A stretch of 64,000 bases of DNA from Mustelus asterias. Its lineage: Eukaryota. The notes beneath the pieces were generated by a model. That model was given only the letters and a program-made list of their open reading frames with translations. It did not search any database and was not told the DNA's origin. Made by a program: the position numbers and the translations under genes. Shown one piece after another: positions 49,049 to 60,900 of this stretch. The DNA lies in assembly GCF_964213995.1 (NCBI RefSeq), contig NC_135830.1, positions 9,362,001 through 9,426,000 of the forward strand, in the 5' to 3' direction. Each line of letters opens with the position of its first letter. The stretch's first letter is position 1.

Positions 49049-51738
49049 CTCCATCCACCCGAGGAAATAGTCTTTGAACGTTCACTCTATCTATCCCCTT
49101 CATCATTTTATACACCTCTATTAAGTCTCCCCTCAGCCTCCTCCGCTCCAGAGAGAACAGCCCTAGCTCCCTCAACCTTTCCTCATATGACCTACCCTCC
49201 AAACCAGGCAGCATCCTGGTAAATCTCCTCTGCACTCCTTCCAGCGCTTCCACATCCTTCCTATAGTGAGGTGACCAGAACTGCACACAATATTCCAAAT
49301 GTGGTCTCACCATGGTCCTGTACAGTTGCAGCATAACCCCACGGCTCTTAAACTCCAACCCCCTGTTAATAAAAGGTAACACACTATAGGCCTTCTTCAC
49401 AGCTCTATCCACTTGACTGGCAACCTTTAGAGATCTGTGGATATGGACCCCAAGATCTCTCTGTTCCTCCACAGTCTTCAGAACCCTACCTTTGACCCTG
49501 TAATCCACATTTAAATTTGTCCTACCAAAATGAATCACCTCACATTTATCAGGGTTAAACTCCATTTGCCATTTTTCAGCCCAGCTTTGCATCCTTTCTA
49601 TGTCTCTTTGCAGCCTACAACAGCCCTCCACCTCATCCACTACTCCACCAATCTTGGTGTCATCAGCAAATTTACTGATCCACCCTTCAGCCCCCTCCTC
49701 TAAGTCATTAATAAAAATCACAAAGAGCAGAGGACCAAGCACTGATCCCTGCGGCACACCGCTAGCAACCTGCCTCCAATCCGAAAATTTTCCATCGACC
49801 ACCACCCTCTGTCTTCGGTCAGACAGCCAGTTGCCTATCCAATCGGCCAACTTTCCCTCTATCCCACACCTCCTCACTTTCATCATAAGCCGACCATGGG
49901 GGACCTTATCAAACGCCTTACTAAAATCCATGTATATGACATCAACTGCCCTACCTTCATCAACACACTTAGTTACCTCCTCAAAAAATTCTATCAAATT
50001 TGTGAGGCACGACTTGCCCTTCACGAATCCGTGCTGACTATCTCGGATTAATCCGCATCTTTCTAAATGGTCGTAAATCCCATCCCTAAGGACCCTTTCC
50101 ATCAATTTACCAACCACCGAAGTAAGACTAACCGGTCTATAATTACCAGGGTCATTTCTATTCCCTTTCTTAAACAGAGGAACAACATTCGCCATTCTCC
50201 AGTCCTCTGGCACCATCCCCGTGGACAGCGAGGACCCAAAGATCAACGCCAAAGGCTCTGCAATCTCATCCCTTGCCTCCCAAAGAATCCTAGGATACAT
50301 TTCATCAGGCCCAGGGGACTTATCGACCTTCAGTTTATTCAAAACTGCCAAGACATCCTCCCTCCGAACATCTATTTCCTCCAGCCTATTAGCCTGTAAC
50401 ACCTTCTCTTCCTCAAAAACATGGCCCCTCTCCTTGGTGAACACTGAAGAAAAGTATTCATTCATCACCTCGCCTATCTCTACTGACTCCATACACAAGT
50501 TCCCACTACTGTCCTTGACCGGCCCTAACCTCACCCTGGTCATTCTTTTATTCCTCACATAAGAGTAAAAAGCCTTGGGGTTTTCCTTGATCCGACCCGC
50601 CAAGGACTTCTCATGTCCCCTCCTAGCTCTCCTAAGCCCCTTTTTCAGCTCATTCCTTGCTAACTTGTAACCCTCAATCGAGCCATCTGAACCTTGTTTC
50701 CTCATCCCTACATAAGCTTCCCTCTTCCTTTTCACAAGACATTCCACCTCTTTTGTGAACCATGGTTCCCTCACTCGGCCATTTCCTCCCTGCCTGACAG
50801 GAACATACCTATCAAGGACATCCAGTATTTGTTCCTTGAAAAAATTCCACTTTTCATTAGTTCCTTTCTCTGACAGTTTCTGTTCCCAACTTATGCCCCT
50901 AATTTTTGCCTAATCGCATCATAATTACCCCTCCCCCAATTGTAAACCTTGCCCTGCCGTACGGCCCTATCCCTCTCCATTGCAATAACAAAAGACACCG
51001 AATTGTGGTCACTATCTCCAAATTGCTCTCCCACAACCAAATCTAACACTTGGCCCGGTTCATTTCCCAGTACCAAATCCAATGTGGCCTCACCTCTAGT
51101 CGGCCCATCCACATATTGTGTCAGGAAACCCTCCCGCACACACTGCACAAAAACTGCCCCATCCAAACTATTTGACCTACAAAGGTTCCAATCAATATTT
51201 GGAAAGTTAAAGTCCCCCATGACAACTACCCTGTGACCCCCACACATATCCATAATCTGCTTAGCAATTTCTTCCTCCACATCTCTATTACTATTTGGGG
51301 GCCTATAGTAAACTCCTAGCAACGTGACCGCTCCTTTCCTATTTCTAACTTCAGCCCATATTACCTCAGTGTGCAGATCCCCCACGAAGTGCCTTTCCGC
51401 AGCCGTTAAACTATCCTTGATTAACAATGCCACTCCTCCACCTCTTTTACCAGCTTCCCTACACTTAGTGAAACATCTATACCCCGGAACGTCCAACAAC
51501 CATTCCTGTCCTTGTTCTACCCACGTCTCCGTAATGGCCACAACATCGTAGTCCCAAGTACCAATCCACGCCCCAAGTTCATCTACCTTGTTCCGGATGC
51601 TCCTTGCATTGAAGTAGACACACTTCAACCCACCTTCCTGTCTACCAGTACCCACCCTTGACCCTGATACCTTCCCCAATACCTCACCACCCTCACTGAC
51701 TTCTGGACTACAACTCCCTTTCCCACTCCCCTGACAAA

Positions 51739-52665
51739 TTAGTTTAAACCCCCCTGAAGAGCCGTAACAAATTTCCCTCCGAGGATATTGGTGCCCCTCT
51801 GGTTCAGGTGCATCCCGTCCTGTTTGTACAGGTCCCACCTTCCCCAGAACGTGTTCCAATTATCCACGTATCTGAAACCCTCCCTCCTACACCATCCCTG
51901 CAACCACATATTTAACTGCACTCTCTCCCTGTTCCTCAACTCGCTATCACGTGGTACCGGCAACGTACCAGAGATGACCACATGTTTCGTCTTGGCTCTC
52001 AGCTTCCAGCCCAGCTCCAGAAATTCCTGCTTTAAATCCCCGTCCCTTCTCTTACCTATGTCATTGGTACCAATGTGCACCACGACTTGTGACTGTTTCC
52101 CCTCCCCCTTCAGAATCTGGAAAACACGGTCTGAGACATCACGGACCTTGGCATCCGGTAGGCAACATACCATCCGTGAGTCTCTTTTGCTGCCACAGAA
52201 CCTCCTATCTATCCCTCTAACTAACGAGTCCCCAATAACTATCGCCCTCCCGCTCTCCCCCTTTCCCTCCCGAGCCACAGAGACGGACACAGTGCTGGAG
52301 ATCCTCTCACTGCGGCTCCCCACTGGTATGTCATCCCCCTCAACCGTATCCAAAGCGGAATACTTGTTGCTAAGGGGAACGACCACCGGGGATCCCTGCA
52401 CGGACTGCTTCCTCCCAGCCCCTCTCACCGTCACCCATCTGTTTTCAATCCTCGGAGTAACTGTATTCCTAAAGCTTGTGTCTATGGCCATCTCTGCGTC
52501 CCTGATGATCCTAAGTTCATCCAACTCCAGCTCCAGTTCCCTAACACGGTTTTGGAGGAGCTGCAGATGGGTGCACTTCCCACAGGTGTAATCAGTAGGG
52601 ACACTGTCGTCGTCCCTCACCTCAAACATAGTGCAAGAGGAACATTGCACTGCCTGCACACCCAT
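51739..52665 (-). CDS. CR1 ORF1 (Cys motif, coiled coil and SGNH esterase-like domain)
   Basis: CSSC..CGKC, GDSLVR, VHIGTND and DGMHLN. Confidence 0.88.
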   Translation of the reverse strand: MGVQAVQCSSCTMFEVRDDDSVPTDYTCGKCTHLQLLQNRVRELELELDELRIIRDAEMAIDTSFRNTVTPRIENRWVTVRGAGRKQSVQGSPVVVPLSNKYSALDTVEGDDIPVGSRSERISSTVSVSVAREGKGESGRAIVIGDSLVRGIDRRFCGSKRDSRMVCCLPDAKVRDVSDRVFQILKGEGKQSQVVVHIGTNDIGKRRDGDLKQEFLELGWKLRAKTKHVVISGTLPVPRDSELRNRERVQLNMWLQGWCRREGFRYVDNWNTFWGRWDLYKQDGMHLNQRGTNILGGKFVTALQGGLN

Positions 52666-52858
52666 CCCCTCGAGATACCTTGCCAGTACCAGGTAGAAAG
52701 TGCAAAAATGAATTCAACTCACCCTTGCTCGCCCTTTCAGCCTAAGCCCTGTGAGCCAAAGTCTTATAGCTCACACTCTGCTTCCCACACACTACACTGC
52801 CCGCTCCCGACGCTGCCCGCTGTATACTGCAGCCTACCTTTTATACTTCACGCGCTTA

Positions 52859-53296
52859 AAAAACCCTTCCCAGACTCCTTTGCTGCCCACTTCTAGTTTT
52901 CACTTTAAACTTGAAAAACTGCTGTTAAAGTAAAGGCCAAAAAAATACACACACTAGCTGACTAATTAAATAAATAAACAATTCAATTAATCCAATTAAT
53001 CTCTTACCAGCACTGCTGCTTTCAATCACCCCTCTCAGCTTGCTCCAGTGGATCAATGAGGGGGAACCTCCCAGGTAACTGACTTTTAAAGTTAAAATAA
53101 AAACCCTTCCCAGACTCCTTTGCTGCCCACTTCTAGTTTTCACTTTAAACTTGAAAAACTGCTGTTAAAGTAAAGGCCAAAAAAATACACACACTAGCTG
53201 ACTAATTAAATAAATAAACAATTCAATTAATCCAATTAATCTCTTACCAGCACTGCTGCTTTCAATCACCCCTCTCAGCTTGCTCCAGTGGATCAA
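52859..53296. repeat. Tandem duplication in the CR1 5' UTR (two identical ~198-bp copies, 240-bp period)
   Basis: 52859-53056 equals 53099-53296. Confidence 0.9.
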
Positions 53297-53326
53297 AAGG
53301 GTTATGGAAAGGGTTTGCGTGCATGT

Positions 53327-53399
53327 GCCCGGCCAGCTCAGTCGGTAGAGCATGAGACTCTTAATCTCAGGGTCGTGGGTTCGGGCCCCACGTTGGGCG
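53327..53399 (+). tRNA. tRNA-Lys(CTT), probably impaired (U8C and A58G)
   Basis: GCCCGGCCAGCTCAGTCGGTAGAGCATGAGACTCTTAATCTCAGGGTCGTGGGTTCGGGCCCCACGTTGGGCG. Confidence 0.8.
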
Positions 53400-56300
53400 A
53401 CATTGATTGTTAAACTTTGCCTCATTCCTGGGTGAATTCCAGATCTCCGTTCCTCCAGAAGTGTCACCGCTCAAACTGAGTCTTTCTCCTTTCTGCGTTG
53501 TTTATCGCACAGTTGTGGGTTTCTGACTGAAAACTGCCTCCGGTTCACTGGAAGCGGGGAGTTCAGCGCTGAACTCAGCGAGAGGTTTTGTTCTTATTTA
53601 TTATGAGATTTAAACCCAGATCGGCGAGATTGTGTCGTGGGAACAATAATCATCTCCATTGTAATTTAATCACTCCAGCCTTCCATCCGATCAAAAGACC
53701 GTTTGTTCTTTCCTCCTCTCCCTCTCTATTTTCCTTGACTCTGTACTTGTTTGTAAACCATTCAATCACTAATTTTTTCCAGTTAGGGTCAAAGGTCAGC
53801 TTCCTGAATCATTCACTCTCTTTCCCTCTCCACAGAAGCTGTTGAAGCCGATGAGAGCTTCCAACATTTTCTGTTTTGAGGTGGGATTCGCAGCAACTAC
53901 AAAACCTAGTTTTGGATCACAGTGGATCACTTTTCTCTGACTGAATCTTACCTGTTTGAACAGTTGAAAGGCTGAGGTTTTAAATAATACGACACCAGAC
54001 TATGTCACCCTGTTTGACATGAAATGAAACAAAATGAGAATTAATCATTTCTTAATATGCTGCTAATGCAATATATATTTTGTTGTCAATGCCAGCATTT
54101 GTTGTCCATCCCTATTTCCCTCTGAACTGAGTATTTTGCTGGGCCATTTCAGAGGGCAGTTAAGAGTCAATCACATTGCCTTTCCTCTGGAGTCCCATGG
54201 AGGCCAGAAAGGAGAATGATGGCAGATTTCCTTCTGCAAGATGTGTTTTCATGACAATCAGAAAACAAAGCTTCGTTACTGAGACTAGCTTTCACTTCCG
54301 TTTCAGTTCTAGACTGTGGTGGGATCGTGACCTGTGAGCCTGGGCCACAGGATGCATACTCCACTGATTTTACCACGATGTCACAGTCTTCCCGGAAGAG
54401 TGGAAGTTTAAATCCTTCACATGGAATCAAACGACTTAATTTCACATTGAAAACAAACATTTAAAGCAGTGTACTGTTGAAATCAGTGTCGTACACTCAG
54501 GCTACCGGGGAACTGACGAGATATCTATTGCTTTCATTCAAAGACAGAAAAATGTGGTGAATCCTCAGCGTGAGTGATGAAGGAGCTGCGCTCCGAAAGC
54601 TCGTGATTTCAAACAAACCTGTTGCACTTTAACCTGGTGTTGTGAGAATTCTTACCGGGTCCTGAAGGGCATTTCATTTACAATTCGCAAAAAGATTATT
54701 TTTATAAAATTAACAGCTTTCAGCAAATCGCACCGCAATCACATTGCAGACGGTGCAGTGAGTTACTCTCCTGGCCTCGTTGCATCAGCCCCAGAGGACG
54801 ATTTCTCAAGAACACAAAACGCTCAGCGATAAAGAGGTCGGAGGCTTCATTCATCAGGGATTACCCGAGAGCACGTGACCTTTCTCCCAAATCACACACG
54901 CACACAATTGCTCAATAATGCTCAGGTCACTTCGATTTCCGTGTTGGTTTCGTCGATAGAATTCGCTGCTTTAACTGCCATGGTTTGGGTTCGATTCACG
55001 GTTAGGGAATGATGATTCATTGCTCTCGTGCAACACATGAATTAAGGAGAGTGGATATTGCTTCCTGGTCGAAAACGGGAGAGATACTTGTGGCAGGTTG
55101 AACAGGAAGAAGGAAAAATCTGCCCCATTCCACAATCCTGTCAATTACCCATAACAATTAATATTTACATTCGGAAGTCTTACAACACCAGGTCTATTTG
55201 GAGTCAGGAGCTTTCGGGGCGCTGATAGAATAAAGCAAATTGATTTTATTATCGGAGCAAATGAACCTGTTGGACTTTAACATGATGCTGTGAGACTTCT
55301 TATTGTGCCCACCCCAGTCCAACGCCGGTATCTCGACATCATATTTACATTGCAATTGCTGGTACCAACTGTCAGAATGAGTGAGTTACTTGCTACTGCA
55401 TTGAATTTCACTGTAGCTCACCACATTCAAAGAGTAATGTTTGTTATAAACCTTATTGTGGTAAATCTGTTGAAAACCTTCAGCTTATCACAGCTCCGCT
55501 TTCATCACACTGGAAGCTAATGTGAAAAGATGAATAATTTCAAAGCTGAACAACGTGCACAAGACTGGAAGGAGAATGCGATTGTGCATAATTGGCACTG
55601 TGCATATTCCTGTATTCAGTCTATGGGAGAACCAGGAGAATGAAATCCTCATGGTCCAGTGCTTAGGATTTGGCGCTTTCAGGGTCATTGATCGGCTTCA
55701 ATATGCTAAGATTTAAAGTTTTTGATATTCCATTTAACAAACCTGAGTTGTTTCCTGATCGAAAACAGCTCTGTCAGAAGCAGTGGAGTTAGATCTATAT
55801 TTGTGTCCGAATTGGAAATGTCACATGGGCAACAGTTCAAGAACAAACACAGATAGTGAAGGACAGTGATAGGCTGCAAAGCGCTGCCAATAGATCAGGA
55901 ATCTGTCTGTCCCAACCTGAAATGTGTTCAATGAGGGAAACACACAGCAAGTCGGCAAAGATCAGTGAAGTGAGGACTGAGTTAAACTTTCACCAGAATG
56001 CTGTTTTTATAATTGCAAAGTCCTGAGATTGGGAGCAGAGAGTTGACATTTGAGGCGTTTCAGTTCTTTGAGAGATGAATGCCTGCCGTGTTTTACAAGG
56101 TAAGTTTCACAGGATCAGGAATGATGAGATTGGTGGGTTTCGGAAATTAAAATTTACACGTGAACAGCTTGTTGGGACTATTTCATTTATCGTTGCCGTC
56201 TTGCGGTGTGTTTTATGTTCTGATAAAACCTGTATTTATAATACAAGCATAAGATGGTGGAAATTCTCAGCAGGTTTGGCAGAATCTGTGGACCCGCATC

Positions 56301-56886
56301 AAATTCGAAACACTTCCATTTGTCACCTGTGTTCCTGAAATATACTGATTATTGTGTTCAAAAAAACTGATAATACCTTTTCAAAACAGCTGTCCCATCT
56401 CGAAGTGTTCTTAAATATTAAGGAATCACATTATCTCACAGCCATGTGGCATTTACAATTCCCCAAAGCTTGAATAATATTCTGCAACTGCAGTCATGGA
56501 GAAAGAGATAAAATTCGGAACAAATGCTATTTTCTAAATCTTATGTTAGATCAATGACTCTGCCACATGGCTAAGGTTTTCAACAGAATTATAATTCTAC
56601 AAAGCAAGGATTTAAATTGCAATCAGACTGCACTGTTTGATATTCTAGGCCGGTCACATTGGTCATGAGCAGAGCTTCTGGATTGTAGGGGTTAACATGT
56701 TCATTTCATATACGAAAGGCTCCCCGATTTAAAATAAGGTCGAAACATAATTGAAATTAACATTTTTAAAGATTTTCCCCGATTCTAGATCGTTGTTGCA
56801 TATGAACTGAATTGGAGCAAACAAAATGTTAGTTTGTACTTCATCATTGATTGCAAAAATGCCCTGAGGGAGTATAGCTCATTGAT

Positions 56887-57812
56887 ATTAAGGGAATATA
56901 GCTTAGGGGTCGGGCATTTGACTGCAAGTCAAGACGTTTCTGCATTCAAATCGGATGCCTCTTTCCGCGCTTAATAGATTTTGTTTTCAATCTAAACTGT
57001 CTTTCATTGGCTGGAAAGCAGGAAAATGGAAACCCAAGGTCAAACATGGGTTGAAGTTTCGAGTTCAGTTATTGAGTTTAATAATATTTGAAATATATAA
57101 ATTGTTACAAATAATATGTTAGAGATAAATGTTCAATAAACTAACGTCGGCTAACAGTAGAGGCAGAAACACACGATAAGTTTTTTTTAGTGTTGCCCAA
57201 GGACTCAGTGGCACTCAAAAACCGAGAGACAATGAAAGCAGATGGAGAGAAAAAAAAGTGGAAGCGCTACCCTTGGATGTTTTCGAACCACCAACTTTTC
57301 CATTAACAGCCGAACGCGCTGGTCAATTGCGCCACAGAGACTGACACATCTGTAGCCCACGTGGCATCTTAAATCATAGTGTTAAAGTATTGGCTGCAAA
57401 TTCGATGCCAATTCAATTTTCACCAAACCTGACACAGAAAGACGAAATTATGGCATCGTTTACAAATCTAAGCATGTATGTTTTACTATTTTACCCCACA
57501 GTGTTGCTGTGGTGTAATAGTCAATCCCTTCTCCTAACATGGGAAAATGGCCGTTTGATAGAGCAGGGAGGGACAGATTGTTCCCACTGATTGGGCTCAG
57601 TAACAGAGGACTGGGATTGAAGGTCATGAAATGTTTGCATTGATATAGAACCTCTCCCGACTAGTGGACGTCACAAAGCGCTTTCCAGCCAATGAAGGGC
57701 AGTTTAGATTGAAAACAAAATCTATTAAGTGCGGAAGGAGGCATCCGATTTGAATGCAGAAGCGTCTTGACTTGCAGTCAAATGCCCGACCCCTAAGCTA
57801 TATTCCCTTAAT
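56887..57812. repeat. Inverted repeat with 133-bp arms (56887-57019 and 57680-57812), each arm containing a tRNA-Cys pseudogene
   Basis: The arms differ at 5 positions by manual alignment. Each contains GCATTTGACTGCAAGTCAAGA. Confidence 0.88.
57265..57341 (-). pseudogene. tRNA-Asn(GTT) pseudogene, paralogue of 40881-40954
   Basis: ..TTAACAGCCGAACGCGCTGGTCAATTGCGCCACAGAGAC with a decayed 3' half. Its flanks are nearly identical to 40630-41310. Confidence 0.75.
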
Positions 57813-58931
57813 GTCTAACCTCCGTTTTGTCGCTCCTTTGTCCTCTGTCTCGCGTGGTCTATGGTTATGTTTGTTCCTCTGTGTCCGTCACTATGCTTAC
57901 GTGCCTCATGGGCGTGGACATGTTTTTTACCATCACAAATTCTATTCACTTACTTTATAAACCTTCATGGTAAATGTACGGAACAGCAAGAAGTTTAAAG
58001 TTGTGAGATGAAATTGACCCTTTCTGTTATTTGTGAGTGGAGGGTGCTTATTGACTGAGTTACCGTACGTTCCATTGTGTAAAGTGATTAACATTTTTCT
58101 TTGATCAACATTTAAACAGACAGCGGATTCACTCGGTGTGATGGTGGGTTCCAGTTCTATATCTGCGATCACAGCATCAATTCATGCCACTTACTGTCAA
58201 CCCAATATTTCTAATAGTTTGGATGACCCAATATTTCTAACACGTTGGATGTTTAATCTAATTTACTTCGTTTTATATTTCATTATTTTCATCTCAGATC
58301 TATCTCCACCAGAGGCAAGTCTCTCTTTCAAAATGTTCTGTTCAGGTAGAACAGAAGTTAGTCCTTCATCCAATGGCAACAAGGATTACTTTTCGCTGCA
58401 GCATGAAAGCGGTAAAGAGATGAAATAGTCAGACAAGCTGCTCATGTGTTCCTCTCAATTTCCCAAATCCACCAACCTCATCACTGCAGCTCCTGTGAAA
58501 TCGCTGTACAGTACACCCACCGGCTCCCTATTATCCACAGCACACGTGACTTCTTCAAAGATTTTGTGCATGGTCTCATTCTGCGGTGCAAACATTCTAT
58601 GATACTCTGCTTTCCTCACGCTCAGACCATGGACTGTAAACAAGTTGTTCATTTATCTCTCTTGAATTGTACCCGGTCAGGGCCCTTTCCTGTTGTTATG
58701 TTTCCTCGCTCCTCCTGGATTTCACTTGTTTAAAACTTCATACATTTCCAAACTTTACCAGCTTAAAGGGTAAAATGAAATGTTATGAAGGTGTAAGAAT
58801 ACAGTCCTTTCCCTGTGTGCACTTGCTGCCTGGCTTCCTGAGTTTCTCCAGCGCTTCCAGCTTTCAGGGCAGCTGTCTGATCAGATTTGTATGACAATAT
58901 ATATCCGTATTTGAGGAGCTCCCGCAACAGC

Positions 58932-59021
58932 GGCTCGTTGGTCTAGGGGTATGATTCTCGCTTTGGGTGTTGTGATGTGCAAAGCTGCGAGAGGTCCCGG
59001 GTTCAATTCCCGGACGAGCCC
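58932..59021 (+). tRNA. tRNA-Pro(TGG) with an 18-nt intron (58968-58985)
   Basis: Exons GGCTCGTTGGTCTAGGGGTATGATTCTCGCTTTGGG and TGCGAGAGGTCCCGGGTTCAATTCCCGGACGAGCCC form a 72-nt canonical vertebrate tRNA-Pro. The insert TGTTGTGATGTGCAAAGC lies one nt 3' of the anticodon. Confidence 0.9.
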
Positions 59022-59677
59022 CATTGTTGTTGTTTGCAATCGCAAAGTCCTGTTCATTTCTTTGCCGTGCACACGGCAGGATGAGTTTTTCCGCGGTTTG
59101 GTTTGGGAAACTGACAACACAAGGAATCTGACAACACAAGGAATCTAACAACACAACGCACTCACAGGCAGTTCAAGATGTTTTCAAAAGTTGACTCTTC
59201 TTTTGGACCTTCTCTTTATCCCTAGTCAACAATTCAGAGGACCCAATGCTTGTGGGTTCCGGCCGCTGGCTTTGTGTACATTGTTATTCATTCATACGAT
59301 GTGGCTGACTCCCCCACGCACTGTCTATATCTGTCTCTCTTTGTTTCTGTGTAACGACCTCATTATTTTGCACTCTCTCAGTCTCTCACTGTGCCTCTAT
59401 CCACTTTCCATAGTGTGTTCTTGTTTCCCTCTATTCTCGCGCTGTCTGTGTAACGAAGGTTCAATGGATTGATTGCTGTGATGAGACAGTTGCCCTTGGA
59501 GGAGAGATTCATTGTGGTTACCCTTTTCTCTCTAGAGTTTGGAATAATAAACAGTGATCCCATTGACAAGTCTGCAACGGCGAGACTGTTTGATAGTGTG
59601 CATGCTGAGGGATTGTTTCCACCGCTCCCCCCAGTTCTCCTCCTCCCCACCCCCACCACCACCCGCTGGGGTAAACA

Positions 59678-59975
59678 CAGTACGAAGTCTCACAACACCA
59701 GGTTAAAGTCCAACAGGTTTATTTGGTAACACAAGCCACAAGCTTACGGAGCACTGCCCCTTCATCAGGTGAGTGGGAGTTGTGTTCACAAACAGGGCAT
59801 ATATAGACACAAACTCAATTTACAAAATAATGGTTGGAATGCGAGTCTTTACAGGTAATCAGGTCTTAAATGTACAGACATTGTGAGTGGAGAGAGGGTT
59901 AAGCACAGGTTAAAGAGGTGTGTATTGTCTCCAGCCAGGATGGTTGGTGAGATATTGCAAGCCCAGGCAAGTCGT
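59678..59975 (-). mobile_element. Penelope terminal-repeat fragment
   Basis: Homologous to 1117-1400. Confidence 0.8.
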
Positions 59976-60545
59976 TGACTATCTCTAATAATTCATTCCG
60001 TCTCTAAATGCCTGTAGATCCTGTCTCTCAAAATACCTTCCAACAACTTACCCATCACAGATGTGAGGCTCACTGGCCTGTAGTTCCCAGGCTTTTCCCT
60101 GCAGCCCTTTTTAAACAAGCACAACATTTACCACCCTCCAATCTTCAGGCACCTCACCTGTGACTATCAATGATTCGAACATCTCTGCTAGGGGACCCTC
60201 AATTTCCTCCTTAGCCTCCCACAATGTCCTGGGATATACTTCATCAGGTCCCGGGATTTATCCACCTCGATGCGCGTTAAGACTTCCAGCACCTCCTTAT
60301 CTGTAATATGTACAGTCCTCAAGACATCACTATTTATTTCCTGAAGTTCCCTAACATCTATGCTTTTCTCTACAGCAAATACTGATGAGAAATATTCATT
60401 TAGCACCTCACCCATCTCTTGTGGATCCGCACACAGATGATCTTGTTGATCCTTAAGAGGCCCTACTCTCTCCCTTGCTACGCTTTTGTCCTTTCTGTCT
60501 TTGTCGAAGCTCTTTGGATTCTCCTTTGCCTTATCTGCCAAAACA
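59976..60545 (-). mobile_element. CR1 ORF2 internal fragment
   Basis: KENPKSF..VGPLKDQ..LNEYFSSVF. Confidence 0.8.
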
Positions 60546-60624
60546 AGTATTTTGGCAGATAGGTTGCACATCTGCCTCATTGATGTGGTTGGTGGGTTAT
60601 GAAAATTGAAAGTTACACTTAGGA

Positions 60625-60900
60625 ACATAGGAATTAAGATCAGCAGTGGGCAAATTCAGCGCTTCGAGCCTGCTCCAGCATTCAATCAGTTCATGGCTGA
60701 TCTTTCCCTGGTCTCAAATCCACTGCCCCTTATATGTTAATTCATTTTGTATTGGAAATATGTCTGTCTCCTTCTTTAAATCTTTTTAATGATTCAGACT
60801 CCACCGTTCTATGGGGCAGCGAGTTCCAAAGATCGACGACCATTAGCAATAAGTAGTTCCCCAGCATCTCCGTTTTAAATCTACCGCCTCTCTACCTATC
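60625..60900 (-). mobile_element. Old CR1 3' tail fragment
   Basis: Reverse complement is similar to 35710-35985. Confidence 0.65.

Larger units (their letters stand above)
46196..53299 (-). mobile_element. Full-length CR1 LINE (outer element) containing a nested second CR1
   Basis: 5' UTR ~52666-53299, ORF1 51739-52665, ORF2 in pieces (50891-51859, 49049-50774, 46278-46480) and an (ATAGAAC)n tail. Flanked by GGTTAT (46190-46195, 53300-53305). The empty site is visible in the paralogous block at ~37310. Confidence 0.92.
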
